This document shows, in pieces, positions 36,144 to 46,450 of a stretch of 59,926 nt of DNA. The position numbers were made by a program, and so were the translations under genes. How positions within the stretch are numbered: position 1 is the first letter of the stretch; every line of letters begins with the position of its first letter. The notes beneath the pieces are model-generated. The model was given only the letters and a program-made list of their open reading frames with translations. It made no database searches and was not told where the DNA came from. This DNA comes from an uncultured Oscillospiraceae bacterium (lineage in GTDB: Bacteria; Bacillota; Clostridia; Oscillospirales; Ruminococcaceae), in assembly GCA_964370155.1 (NCBI GenBank), contig CAYJIC010000001.1, positions 1-59,926 of the forward strand, written 5' to 3'.

Positions 36144-39122
36144 ATGGCAACAAAAAGAAAAACAACAAAATCACCGCAAAAACGAGGTAATCCTGCACCT
36201 AAGCCTGTACTGAAATCAGAGCTGGATAGGCGCTGGAGTATTTTGATGTTTGGCATCGGAGTTTTGCTGATTATACTTACACTGATAGAAGGCGAAAGTG
36301 TTTGGGCATGGATACGCCAAAACATGCTGTTTGGTGCGCTGGGCGCGGCTGCATGGGCTGTTGGCCCGCTACTTACCTATTGGGCCGGACGCATAGCTCT
36401 TGAAAAGCCTATTTTTGCTTCTGTAATAAAGGGCACGGTGTCTTTGGTGGTGCTTTCAAGCGCAGCGCTTGTGTTTAGTGGAGAAGATTTGCAAGGATTG
36501 ACATTTACTGAAGTGCTTAGCACAGCCCACTCAAGTGGCTATGAGAATGTACTCGGTAGTGGGCTTTTAGGTCTTTTGCTGGGTGGCACATTGATGGCGC
36601 TTACAGGAGTGGTGGTATCACGTGTATTAGTGATATTAATTATAGTTATTGTTATCATGGTGGTTACCTCCGTTACACCAGGGGATATTTTCAGGTTTTC
36701 TCGTGGGCTGGGCGAAAAATGGAGCCAAAGATTTGAAGAAGTAGAAGAAGATTTTGAAGAGGAAGTAGAAGAAACAAGTAAAGCATATGCACAAAGGCGC
36801 AGAATGCCACAGGTGTCGCAAGAAGCGCTATGGCAAGAAGAAAATAAGGCGAATGGGCATAATAGACGAGCTGTAGATATTCCTTTAGAGGGTGAAAAGG
36901 TGAACGTTATCGCAAATGCGGCACCTAAAAACAAAAAAAATATTGATATGCCGCTGGGCGATGCACCGTCACTTTTTGATTCGGATATGTTTCGTGATAA
37001 AAGAGTGGATATTCCGCTGGAGCCGTTCCCGATAAAAAGTACGCAAAACACAGTAATGCAACAAGAAGTTGGCGCAGGCGGAACGTTTGGCACACCGGAT
37101 GTAAAAAAAGAAGCGCCTGCGCAGGCAGAGAAACAAGCAAGGACAGAAACCGAATATGGTTTGGGCGACGATTTCATGCCTATTGTCACGTTTGGGCCGG
37201 GGTCTATTGTGGAGTCTACACCACAGCCTACCAAAAAAGATGTGCTGTTATTCGGTAATGATGATCCATATGTACATTTAGGTGGTGCAGAGAGTAAACT
37301 GCCACATGGCAGCTTGTTGGATGTGGAATATGTTGCGGAAAAAGAACCACCTAAAGTACAAAATTTGTTTGAGGACGAATTAGTACAACAAGAGCTAGCA
37401 CCGTCTAATAAAGAAAATACGGTAGAGCAGCCTGCAAGTACTTTAGATGCAAGCCTGGTGACGGATGCGCCAAAAACGGTTATTGAAACAGAATATATAG
37501 CAGCAGAAGATGCACAAATGAAGCCAAATGTGCAAGAAGATGCACAAGGGCAAGATGGCCTGGATAAATTACTGGACAAAGCGGCCGAGGTGAAAAGTGA
37601 TGTCGCGGCACAAGGGCAAGATATGCGCGGAACAGGTGTGGAGATAATACCTTATGCGTATCCACCGTCGAAGTTGTTTGACTCACCACCACAAGAGAAT
37701 ATTGTGGGTGCACGAGACGAGATGAAAAACACTGCAGATTTACTGGTGTCCACATTACAAAGCTTTGGCGTGGAAACACGTATTTTAGATGTATCGCGTG
37801 GCCCGTCCGTAACACGATATGAGATACAGCCGCAAGCAGGCGTGAAGATATCACGTATCACAAACCTATCCGATGACATTGCGCTGAATTTAGCGGCGGC
37901 AGGCGTGCGTATTGAAGCTCCCATTCCGGGCAAGCCGGCAGTGGGTATCGAGGTGCCAAACCGTGTGAAAAGTAGTGTGCCTATTCGTAGCTTGCTGGAA
38001 AGTAATACCTTTGTCGGCTCAAGCTCGCCTTTGTCAATTGCGCTTGGCAAGAATATTGCCGGTGAAGTGGTGGTGGCAGACCTTACTAAGATGCCACATT
38101 TATTGATAGCGGGTAGCACAGGTAGCGGTAAAAGCGTGTGTGTGAACTCTATTATTATGAGCTTTTTATACACATCTTCTCCCGAGGAAGTAAGGCTGAT
38201 CTTAATAGATCCTAAAGTGGTGGAACTGGCTGAATACAATGGTATTCCACATTTGCTTATCCCGGTAGTGACAGAGCCGAAACAAGCGGCAAAGGCGCTG
38301 GGATATGCCGTTAGCGAGATGGAAAAGCGGTACCGCACGTTTGCAGAATATGGCGTGAGAGACATAAATAGCTTCAATAAAATGGCGAAACGTAGCAATG
38401 AAGTAGAGCCTATTCCGCATATAGCTATTGTTATTGACGAGCTTGCTGACCTTATGATGGTGGCAAGTAAAGATGTGGAAAACTTTATATGCCGTATAGC
38501 ACAAAAAGCACGTGCGGCAGGCATGCACTTGATTGTTGCCACCCAAAGACCCAGTGTGGATGTTATCACGGGGCTGATAAAAAGTAACATACCTTCACGT
38601 ATTGCGTTCGCGGTGTCCAGTCAGGTAGACAGTCGCACTATTTTGGACGGTGCAGGCGCAGAAAAACTGCTTGGCATGGGTGACATGTTGTTTATGCCTA
38701 TTGGTGCAAACAAACCGGTGCGTGTGCAGGGAACGTTTGTGAAAGATAAAGAAATCACACGTGTGCTGAATTATATCAAAGACCATGCGGCGGCGTCATA
38801 TGACGACGATGTGCTTGCAGAAATGGATAAGGTTACACTGACGGGTGCGGCAAAAGATCCTGATGCTGACGGCACACTTGACACATCAGAACTGCTGAAA
38901 GATGAAACATTTGTAGCGGCGGTGGAACTGGCGATGGATGCAGGGGAGATATCCACCAGTGGCTTGCAACGACGTTTGCGGCTTGGATATGCCCGTGCAG
39001 GACGTCTTGTGGACCAAATGGAGCAACTGGGTATAGTGAGCGAGCCGAACGGAAGCAAACCTCGCCAGGTGCAAATCAGCAGAGAAACATGGCAAGAAAT
39101 GGTAATCAATCACACAAAATAG
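36144..39122 (+). CDS. ftsK: DNA translocase FtsK/SpoIIIE
   Basis: 992 aa. N-terminal TMs, a long linker, GSTGSGKSV (Walker A), VIDELADLM (Walker B) and a C-terminal gamma wHTH. Confidence 0.95.
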   Translation: MATKRKTTKSPQKRGNPAPKPVLKSELDRRWSILMFGIGVLLIILTLIEGESVWAWIRQNMLFGALGAAAWAVGPLLTYWAGRIALEKPIFASVIKGTVSLVVLSSAALVFSGEDLQGLTFTEVLSTAHSSGYENVLGSGLLGLLLGGTLMALTGVVVSRVLVILIIVIVIMVVTSVTPGDIFRFSRGLGEKWSQRFEEVEEDFEEEVEETSKAYAQRRRMPQVSQEALWQEENKANGHNRRAVDIPLEGEKVNVIANAAPKNKKNIDMPLGDAPSLFDSDMFRDKRVDIPLEPFPIKSTQNTVMQQEVGAGGTFGTPDVKKEAPAQAEKQARTETEYGLGDDFMPIVTFGPGSIVESTPQPTKKDVLLFGNDDPYVHLGGAESKLPHGSLLDVEYVAEKEPPKVQNLFEDELVQQELAPSNKENTVEQPASTLDASLVTDAPKTVIETEYIAAEDAQMKPNVQEDAQGQDGLDKLLDKAAEVKSDVAAQGQDMRGTGVEIIPYAYPPSKLFDSPPQENIVGARDEMKNTADLLVSTLQSFGVETRILDVSRGPSVTRYEIQPQAGVKISRITNLSDDIALNLAAAGVRIEAPIPGKPAVGIEVPNRVKSSVPIRSLLESNTFVGSSSPLSIALGKNIAGEVVVADLTKMPHLLIAGSTGSGKSVCVNSIIMSFLYTSSPEEVRLILIDPKVVELAEYNGIPHLLIPVVTEPKQAAKALGYAVSEMEKRYRTFAEYGVRDINSFNKMAKRSNEVEPIPHIAIVIDELADLMMVASKDVENFICRIAQKARAAGMHLIVATQRPSVDVITGLIKSNIPSRIAFAVSSQVDSRTILDGAGAEKLLGMGDMLFMPIGANKPVRVQGTFVKDKEITRVLNYIKDHAAASYDDDVLAEMDKVTLTGAAKDPDADGTLDTSELLKDETFVAAVELAMDAGEISTSGLQRRLRLGYARAGRLVDQMEQLGIVSEPNGSKPRQVQISRETWQEMVINHTK

Positions 39123-39175
39123 GAAATTGTCATTAATGGCATGCAAAACATAAAGGACACGAAAGGAAAACTAAA

Positions 39176-39316
39176 ATGACGGTTATTGGCGGTGCGGACG
39201 GGCCTACATCTATTTTTGTGACTTCAAACAATGGATTTTTATTTGCCGCAGTGGCGGTTTTAGTAGTAACTTTGGTGGCAATAGTAGTTATAGTGCGCAA
39301 AAAAAGACGTAAATAA
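39176..39316 (+). CDS. 46-aa single-TM small protein (below the ORF-track cutoff)
   Basis: ATG 39176 preceded by AAAGGAAAA. Reads MTVIGGADGPTSIFVTSNNGFLFAAVAVLVVTLVAIVVIVRKKRRK, stop TAA 39314-39316. A polar N-terminus, one hydrophobic helix and a basic tail. Confidence 0.55.
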   Translation: MTVIGGADGPTSIFVTSNNGFLFAAVAVLVVTLVAIVVIVRKKRRK

Positions 39317-39346
39317 ACAGGTTTTGATAAAGTATAGGAATAAAAA

Positions 39347-41299
39347 ATGAATGAATTTTTACCCATCTGCATGGAAGATGTAAAAGCACGTGGATGGAAT
39401 GAGGTGGATTTTGTACTGGTATGTGGTGATGCTTATGTAGACCACCCATCTTTTGGTGCGGCACTTTTGGGACGTATGCTGGAAAAAGAAGGATATAAAG
39501 TGGCGATGTTGTCACAGCCGAATGTGAGCGACAGACGATCTTTTACAGTGTTCGGAAAGCCAAAACTTGCGTTTTTGATATCGGGTGGCGTGGTGGATTC
39601 TATGGTGGCACACTTCACAGTGTCGAAACGTAGGCGCACGTTTGATGAATATTCACCCGGGGGCAAAGCGGGACTTCGTCCCGATAGAGTGGTGGACACT
39701 TACTCTCGCATACTGAAACAACTATACCCAGCAGTACCGCTTGTGGTGGGAGGGGTAGAGGCGTCTTTGCGTCGTTTTGCACACTATGATTATTGGGATG
39801 ATGCAGTAAGGCCATCTTTGCTAGCTACAAGCGGCGCAGACCTTATAAGCTTTGGCATGGGCGAGCGTAGTATCAGCGAAATTGCAGCACGGCTAGCAAA
39901 AGGCGAGAGTATAGAGACCATCACCGATGTTTTTGGCACAGCGTATCTTACAGAGTTTTATGGCCTGCCACAAAGTTATGTGCAGTGTGCCGGATATGAA
40001 AAGGTTAAAACTGACAAAGTGGCCTATGCAAAAGCGTGTAAACTACAAATGGATAATCAAGACCCGTTTGCGGCAAAACCTGTGATTCAAAAGCAAAACG
40101 ATACGCAATATTTAGTGCAAAATCCTCCGGCAAAGCCCTTACAACGGGATGAGCTGGACGAGATATATACCTTGCCGTTCACACGTAGGTGGCATCCTGT
40201 TTATGATGAATTTGGCGGGATACCTGCGCTGGAGGAAGTAGAGTTTTCTATTATTCATAACCGTGGGTGTTTTGGCGGATGCAATTTTTGTGCCATCACA
40301 CTGCACCAAGGCAGGCAGGTAACAAGCCGCAGCGAGGAAAGCTTGCTTCAAGAAGCAAAAATGTTGACGCAAAACCCTAACTTCAAGGGATATATACACG
40401 ATGTAGGCGGCCCAACTGCAAACTTTAGGTCGTCTTCATGCACAGAAGGCGAGAAATGCGGAGGAAAACGCAAATGTCTTGTGCCGTCGCCTTGTCCAAA
40501 ACTGGAAATCGATCATAGTGAGTATTTGTCGATATTGCGTAAAATGCGTGCTCTGCCAAAAGTGAAAAAGGTGTTTATACGCAGTGGTATCAGGTATGAT
40601 TATTTATTGCATGACAGAGACGAAAGCTTTTTTAAAGAACTGGTGGCATATCACGTGTCGGGCCAGCTGAAAGTAGCACCCGAACATTGTGCACCGGCGG
40701 TTCTCAGCACCATGGCAAAGCCGACAGTGGAAATGTATGATAGGTTTGTAAAGCGGTTTTATGCCTTGAGCAAAAAAGCGGGCAAAGAGCAGTATCTAGT
40801 GCCGTATCTCATTTCGAGCCATCCGGGTAGCACACTGAAAGATGCGGTAATATTGGCGCAATATCTCAAAAAGAATAAGGTGCGTCCCGAGCAGGTACAG
40901 GACTTTTACCCTACACCGGGTACAGTGTCTACATGCATGTACTACACCGAGATAGACCCATATACAGAAAAAGCTGTTTTTGTGGCAAAGTCGGCAGACG
41001 ATAAAGCTATGCAAAGGGCGCTTTTACAGCCGCATCTGCCTAAAAACAAAGTGATGGCCACAAAAGCGTTACGTATGGCAAAAAGGGAAGATTTAATCCC
41101 GTTACTGGTAGGCGGCAGTGTGCCGCAAAGAAACTCTTCACAAAACCCACGCAGTGACAAGAACTCAAAAGGCAAAAACACGCAGAAAAATAGACGTAAA
41201 AACGAAAATGATAAGTATGACAACAAAGGAAAAAATAATAGCGGTAGCGGTAAAAGAAAAGACAGAAATAAACAGGGTAAAAAACCATATAAAAAATAG
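39347..41299 (+). CDS. ygiQ: YgiQ family radical SAM protein (UPF0313)
   Basis: DFVLVCGDAYVDHPSFG and CFGGCNFCAI (CxxxCxxC). Lys/Asn-rich C-terminal tail. Confidence 0.92.
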   Translation: MNEFLPICMEDVKARGWNEVDFVLVCGDAYVDHPSFGAALLGRMLEKEGYKVAMLSQPNVSDRRSFTVFGKPKLAFLISGGVVDSMVAHFTVSKRRRTFDEYSPGGKAGLRPDRVVDTYSRILKQLYPAVPLVVGGVEASLRRFAHYDYWDDAVRPSLLATSGADLISFGMGERSISEIAARLAKGESIETITDVFGTAYLTEFYGLPQSYVQCAGYEKVKTDKVAYAKACKLQMDNQDPFAAKPVIQKQNDTQYLVQNPPAKPLQRDELDEIYTLPFTRRWHPVYDEFGGIPALEEVEFSIIHNRGCFGGCNFCAITLHQGRQVTSRSEESLLQEAKMLTQNPNFKGYIHDVGGPTANFRSSSCTEGEKCGGKRKCLVPSPCPKLEIDHSEYLSILRKMRALPKVKKVFIRSGIRYDYLLHDRDESFFKELVAYHVSGQLKVAPEHCAPAVLSTMAKPTVEMYDRFVKRFYALSKKAGKEQYLVPYLISSHPGSTLKDAVILAQYLKKNKVRPEQVQDFYPTPGTVSTCMYYTEIDPYTEKAVFVAKSADDKAMQRALLQPHLPKNKVMATKALRMAKREDLIPLLVGGSVPQRNSSQNPRSDKNSKGKNTQKNRRKNENDKYDNKGKNNSGSGKRKDRNKQGKKPYKK

Positions 41300-41333
41300 C
41301 TGGAAGATATTATAATGAAAGAAAAAGTATAGC

Positions 41334-42290
41334 ATGGCACGAAAAAGAAGATATAAAACAAGATATAAAAAAGCAGTGACGTCTGTAGTTGGTGGCGTGC
41401 TGGTGCTGATATTTGCGGCGCTGATGCTGTACGTGCCTTCGTTTGAAGGGTATATGCGCCAGATACTTGGTGTGGACCCGGTGGTGGAAATACCGTATGT
41501 AGACTCGGACAGTGACGTATCTGTGCATTTTATCGATGTCGGCCAAGGCTCGGCTACTTTACTGGAGTCTGGCGGCGAGTTTGCGCTTATCGACGCAGGA
41601 CTGGCAGAGTATGCAGATGTAGTTGTGGCATATATGAAAGCAGCAGGTGTAAGTTCGCTGAGGTATATGATAATGTCGCATCCGCATTCTGATCATATAG
41701 GTGGAATGACAAAGGTGCTGGATGAGTTTTATGTGGAGGAAATGATACTGCCAAAGCTTGACTTGGCGCCGCTACCCACCACATCGACATTTGAAAACTT
41801 GCTAAATGCCATGGTGGAAAAAGATGTGTTTACTACTGAAGTATCGGAAAATGCAATGTACCCACTGGGCGACGCCAGCATTACCGTGGTTCACACAGGT
41901 GTTTCTACAGAAGATAATTATAACTTGCTATCGTCGGGATTTTTGTTTGAAGCTCAGGGAATGAGATTTTTGCATACCGGTGACGGTGAAAAAGAAAACG
42001 AGAAAATGATGCTGAATGATGCAGCGAACATCAAGGCAGATGTATTCATGGCGGCGCATCACGGTAGCTCTACCAGTAACGAGGAAGAGTTTGTAGGCGC
42101 AGTCTCGCCACAAATTGTGGTGGTGAGTTGTGGCGAGGACAACTCGTATGGGCATCCGCATCGAGAACCGCTTGCAGTGTTTGAAAGTGTGAATGCTACC
42201 ATACTTCGTACAGATTTGGATGGGCATGTGGTGGTGAAACCGGACGGATATGGCGGCATTACATATGCTACGCAAGGAAAGGTGGCGTAA
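41334..42290 (+). CDS. membrane-anchored MBL-fold hydrolase (ComEC C-terminal domain-like)
   Basis: N-terminal TM, HFIDVGQGSATLL, MSHPHSDHIGG, HHGS. Confidence 0.85.
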   Translation: MARKRRYKTRYKKAVTSVVGGVLVLIFAALMLYVPSFEGYMRQILGVDPVVEIPYVDSDSDVSVHFIDVGQGSATLLESGGEFALIDAGLAEYADVVVAYMKAAGVSSLRYMIMSHPHSDHIGGMTKVLDEFYVEEMILPKLDLAPLPTTSTFENLLNAMVEKDVFTTEVSENAMYPLGDASITVVHTGVSTEDNYNLLSSGFLFEAQGMRFLHTGDGEKENEKMMLNDAANIKADVFMAAHHGSSTSNEEEFVGAVSPQIVVVSCGEDNSYGHPHREPLAVFESVNATILRTDLDGHVVVKPDGYGGITYATQGKVA

Positions 42291-42292
42291 TT

Positions 42293-42517
42293 ATGCTTTT
42301 TTCTGTTGATAGAATAATAGGCGATAAAGTTGTTTTGGTGGGTGAAGACGAAAAAACACTAGACGTGCCACGCTCAATGTTACCTCAAAATGCACGAAGT
42401 GGCGACATGTTCCGCTATAAAGACGGGATGTTTTTACCTGCACCGATGGAAGCGGCAGAACGCAGGGAAAGAATGAGCGATATGTTACGATTTTTGCTGT
42501 CGGAAGAAGATGATTAG
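42293..42517 (+). CDS. DUF3006-like small protein
   Basis: 74 aa. FSVDRIIGDKVVLVGEDEKTLDVPRSMLPQNARSGDMF. Usual partner of ComEC-type MBL genes. Confidence 0.7.
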   Translation: MLFSVDRIIGDKVVLVGEDEKTLDVPRSMLPQNARSGDMFRYKDGMFLPAPMEAAERRERMSDMLRFLLSEEDD

Positions 42518-42537
42518 ATTTTGAATATTGTTTCAGC

Positions 42538-42584
42538 AAAAAATAGCGAAACACCCACAACAAAGTGGAGGTTTCGCTATTTTA
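42538..42584. terminator. bidirectional intrinsic terminator
   Basis: AAAATAGCGAAAC (42540-42552) pairs with GTTTCGCTATTTT (42571-42583), a 13-bp stem. Confidence 0.8.
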
Positions 42585-42611
42585 AGTTTTGAAATAATTT
42601 TAAAGGCGATA

Positions 42612-43148
42612 TTATTCTTCTTTAGGCAGTAAATCTCGCAACGCCTGCCAACGAGGGTCTTGCTCCTGTTCGGTGACACCGGCACTTTCAGTAGTGCTAT
42701 CTTTTTCGCACATACAATAGCCACTGATGCCACCACACACAGAACACGCTAAAAGACAATTGTCTTTGTCGCAGACAGCTTGTATTGGAGCATCCATGAC
42801 AATTTCACCATATGCGAGTTCGGCCAAATCAAGGCCTCCGTCCTTTGCACGTGGATACTCAGGAAAATCGCCTTGCAAATTTTCTGCTGAAATATCATAT
42901 GTACGCTCAACAATAAGCTCTTCGTTAAAATCGCAAAGGCATCGCACACAAGTGGTATGAAGTGTAGCGACAAGATACAGGTGTAAACGTACATATTCAC
43001 CCATGATCTCGGCTTTCCATTGCAGACTTACGGGCTCGTTTACAGAATAATCAAGGTAATCTTCACCACTTAAATCAAATACCTCTTCACCGAATGTATC
43101 AAGGCCGGTTTCGCGCAAAAGCCTATGTATATGTAACGTTTTGCTCAA
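42612..43148 (-). CDS. yceD: YceD/DUF177 family protein
   Basis: 178 aa. Cys pairs CVRC.. and C-terminal CSVCGG, with acidic segments typical of DUF177. Confidence 0.85.
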   Translation of the reverse strand: MSKTLHIHRLLRETGLDTFGEEVFDLSGEDYLDYSVNEPVSLQWKAEIMGEYVRLHLYLVATLHTTCVRCLCDFNEELIVERTYDISAENLQGDFPEYPRAKDGGLDLAELAYGEIVMDAPIQAVCDKDNCLLACSVCGGISGYCMCEKDSTTESAGVTEQEQDPRWQALRDLLPKEE

Positions 43149-43184
43149 TTGGCCTACCTTCTTTCGGATAAAAACTCTTTATGA

Positions 43185-43589
43185 TTACATGTATTTTTTC
43201 ACACAGTCAGGCAATGCACTTTCGTTTTCTGATACGGTAACAATGAAATTGACATTGCCGCCACCAAGCGTATCAAGTTTTTCCAATAGTTTGCCAAGTG
43301 CGTCCAAATCGCGATTCAATATCTTTAAGATTCCATCCACATAAAGTTCAACAATATCGTAATTGCCGGCTAAAATACCTGAAATGAATCCATAAAGCAT
43401 GTCGTAACCAGCAATATTATACTCGTCCATATCAACAAGACGGCACTTGTGGTCAAGGTCATAGGTAAGTTGCATACCTTTTTCGATGCAAACAATATTT
43501 CCAGATGTTGTTTTAATGGACTCGTTGATGCGCTCTACCATTTGTTTGGTTTTACCGGAACCTCTGCTACCAATAATTAAACTAATCAT
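43185..43589 (-). CDS. small stand-alone P-loop NTPase-like protein
   Basis: 134 aa from ATG 43589. Walker A is IIGSRGSGKT and a Walker B-like motif is CRLVDMDE. No further domain. Confidence 0.7.
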   Translation of the reverse strand: MISLIIGSRGSGKTKQMVERINESIKTTSGNIVCIEKGMQLTYDLDHKCRLVDMDEYNIAGYDMLYGFISGILAGNYDIVELYVDGILKILNRDLDALGKLLEKLDTLGGGNVNFIVTVSENESALPDCVKKYM

Positions 43590-43631
43590 ACTCAAGAACC
43601 CTCCCAAAACAAATTTTATAGTTGTGCATTA

Positions 43632-44972
43632 TTACAAACGCTCACGCAAGCGGGCGGCACGCTCTTCAAAGCCGGGCTTGCCAAGCAGTGCAAACATATT
43701 TTTCTTGTAACTTTCAACACCGGGTTGATCAAAGGGATTTACCCCTAAAATATAGCCGGAAATAGCGCATGCTTTTTCAAAGAAATAAATAAGATATCCA
43801 ATATCGTGCTCAGAAAAGCTATTTGTTTCTAAAAGAGCCACGGGCACGCCACCGTCGCTATGTGCTAAAATAGTGCCCTGTAACGCCATATCATTCACAT
43901 GGGATATACTTTGGTCTGCAAGATAGTTAAGACCATCAAAGTCTATATCACTGTTTGGGACATTTACTGAATGGCGCAGATTTTTTACCCTGATAACCGT
44001 TTCGAAAAGAAAACGTCTGCCATCTTGTAAATACTGGCCCATAGAATGTAAATCGGCTGTAAAAATGCAGCTTGCCGGGAAAATACCCTTTTGATCTTTG
44101 CCCTCGCTCTCGCCAAACAATTGCTTATACCATTCATTCATCATAGTGAAGTCAGGCTCATAGCTACACATTACTTCCACTTCTTTGCCTTTGCGATACA
44201 AAATATTTCTTGCAGCAGCCCAGCGATAGCAGTGGTTGGTAGGATTAGAATTATTAAGTTCCTTCATAGCGTTTTCAGCGCCGGACATCAATGCGTCTAT
44301 GTCAAGGCCAGCCACGGCTAAAGGCAAAAGCCCCACAGCGGTAAGAACACTGTATCTGCCGCCGACATCGTCAGGCACTACAAAAGTATCATAGCCTTCT
44401 TTATCGGCCAAATCTTTTAAGGTTCCGCGTGCTTTATCAGTGGTGGCGAAAATACGTTCCTTGGCCCCGTCTTTGCCGTATTTTTCTTCTAGCAAACCTT
44501 TGAAAATGCGAAACGCAACGGCTGGTTCTGTGGTAGTGCCGCTTTTTGATATAACATTTACAGATATATCCTTGCCTTCGCACATTGCAATTACATCACC
44601 TAAAGCAGCGGGACTAACGCTGTTTCCAGTGAAAAAAACTTGCGGCGAACCTTTACAGGACAGATTGTACTGAGCGCTTTTCACCGCTTCCATCACCGCC
44701 CTAGCTCCCAGATAAGAGCCGCCAATACCGATGACTACCAGTACATCACTGTTATTCCTGATTTTGGTCGCCGCTTGCTTAATGCGTGCAAATTCTTCTT
44801 TGTCATAGTTTTCAGGTAAATCGAGCCATCCTAAAAAATCATTTCCCGGGCCACATTTTTTGTGCAAAGTTTCATGGGCCATTTGTACAGCAGGCCAAAT
44901 ATCCGCATACTCTTCTTCACGGATAAAAGGCGCCAAGTACTTACCTTCAAAGCATACGCTCAAAACTATCAT
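43632..44972 (-). CDS. pgi: glucose-6-phosphate isomerase
   Basis: 446 aa. [34 protein letters not shown]. The ATG 44972 abuts the SD, so TTG 44963 is an alternative start. Confidence 0.95.
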   Translation of the reverse strand: MIVLSVCFEGKYLAPFIREEEYADIWPAVQMAHETLHKKCGPGNDFLGWLDLPENYDKEEFARIKQAATKIRNNSDVLVVIGIGGSYLGARAVMEAVKSAQYNLSCKGSPQVFFTGNSVSPAALGDVIAMCEGKDISVNVISKSGTTTEPAVAFRIFKGLLEEKYGKDGAKERIFATTDKARGTLKDLADKEGYDTFVVPDDVGGRYSVLTAVGLLPLAVAGLDIDALMSGAENAMKELNNSNPTNHCYRWAAARNILYRKGKEVEVMCSYEPDFTMMNEWYKQLFGESEGKDQKGIFPASCIFTADLHSMGQYLQDGRRFLFETVIRVKNLRHSVNVPNSDIDFDGLNYLADQSISHVNDMALQGTILAHSDGGVPVALLETNSFSEHDIGYLIYFFEKACAISGYILGVNPFDQPGVESYKKNMFALLGKPGFEERAARLRERL

Positions 44973-45013
44973 TCCCCTCGTTTATTTATCATTAAAAGTA
45001 AATTGTATACTTT

Positions 45014-45042
45014 ATTTTATCGAAATGTGACTGCATTGTCAA
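45014..45042 (-). promoter_or_regulatory. candidate promoter of pgi
   Basis: On the minus strand: TTGACA (45042-45037), 17 nt, TAAAAT (45019-45014). Confidence 0.55.
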
Positions 45043-45280
45043 CCAAAAAAATGAAATACAAAATGATATTTTTGTGAAGAATGACAGTAAAGTTTGTGAA
45101 AATATACGTACATGAAAATGCTTTGAAACGTAGGTAAGCAAAAAAACTTGGACACTGAAAATTGATTACAGGTAATATTTTTTTAAAAATCAAAATTACT
45201 TTAATTTAGAATGTGTTATAGGCTGATTTTACCACTCGCAAATATCGGCGTAGATTCGCTATAATGCAATATTTATGACA

Positions 45281-46129
45281 CTATGAATCTTCCATGTATA
45301 AGCGGATAATTTTAAGATATTCCTCAGGATAAAAACCTATCTCGCCGTCAAAACGCGTTAAAGCAATAAGACCGCCGTCGATTTCAGGGATACTTGCCAG
45401 CATTTTTGCATTATCAGCCTTAAGGCCACCGCCATATACTACATCAAGGCCATTGGTGTGTTTTTTTACAAATTTTGCTATTTTCTCAATATATGGTTTA
45501 TCGGCGGGAGTTTTGCCAGGTCCGATGCTCCACACAGGCTCGTATGCAATTATCACACGGCTTTTATCTACACCGTCAAGGCCGATGTTAAGTTGTGCGC
45601 CTAAAACGTCTTCCCAAGTGTTTAACTCTTCGCTTTTTTCACCGATGCAGTAAAGCACGGATAATCCGGCCGCATGTGCTGCCTTAATTTCTTCATTCAA
45701 TATCTTGTTTACAACAGATGAAGCTTTGTTGCCGGTTACTCCTGCCATTTCCAAAATGCTCATTTTGTCGCTTCGTTCTTCACAGTGGCCGATAATGGTG
45801 CTGCGACAGCCCATTTGTGACACGGAATTTGCAGTGCGGTGTGTGGTGAATGCACCAAAATTTCCACCAACGGCAGTATCGTGGCGAAACACACCTTGGC
45901 TGCCTATTTGCACAGGACTATCATCCCTTAGTGCTCTTGTAGCACTTAGTAAATGCGCTTCGGGCAAGTACATAACAAATTCCACAACATTCTTTGGGTA
46001 AGATATTAAAGTGTCCTGAGTGCTTTCAACAATGGTTTCGCCCCAATCGGGCATGGGTGCCAGCCTGTTGACACCACCTTTTTCAGGGGAGATGTCAAAA
46101 CGCTTCAGATTTAAAAAAATGTGCTTCAT
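45281..46129 (-). CDS. triose-phosphate isomerase family protein (atypical, 282 aa)
   Basis: LNLKRF (N/K), IGHCEER (His) and AYEPVWSIGPG (Glu) keep the TIM catalytic positions. It is longer than canonical TpiA. Confidence 0.8.
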   Translation of the reverse strand: MKHIFLNLKRFDISPEKGGVNRLAPMPDWGETIVESTQDTLISYPKNVVEFVMYLPEAHLLSATRALRDDSPVQIGSQGVFRHDTAVGGNFGAFTTHRTANSVSQMGCRSTIIGHCEERSDKMSILEMAGVTGNKASSVVNKILNEEIKAAHAAGLSVLYCIGEKSEELNTWEDVLGAQLNIGLDGVDKSRVIIAYEPVWSIGPGKTPADKPYIEKIAKFVKKHTNGLDVVYGGGLKADNAKMLASIPEIDGGLIALTRFDGEIGFYPEEYLKIIRLYMEDS

Positions 46130-46450
46130 TGTTAAGCTCCTTGTTACGCAACAATATAATATACAATTGTAATACGATATAGATTAATTTGTCAAAAGAT
46201 ATTAGTATGACGTGAAAACAGGTTGGCGTAGAGAAAATAGGTGTGCGATTTTTAGTGAAACTATATAGTTTTTTTGACAAATATTTTATGATTAATTGAG
46301 CAGATTTTGATAAAAAATATAGATTTAAGTTTCAAAATGTGATAAGTTAAAATATAATGGGTATATAGGTGTTAAAGTAAATATTTTAATAATTTGGTTT
46401 TTGAGAAAATAGAAAATATAGCATGAATTTTAAAATCATGGAGATCTTAA

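Noticed and set aside
36539-37579. 346-aa antisense ORF (and others to 39146) inside ftsK.
   Set aside because: The sense strand encodes an unmistakable FtsK with Walker motifs. The antisense products are low-complexity Ser/Cys-rich with no start signals.
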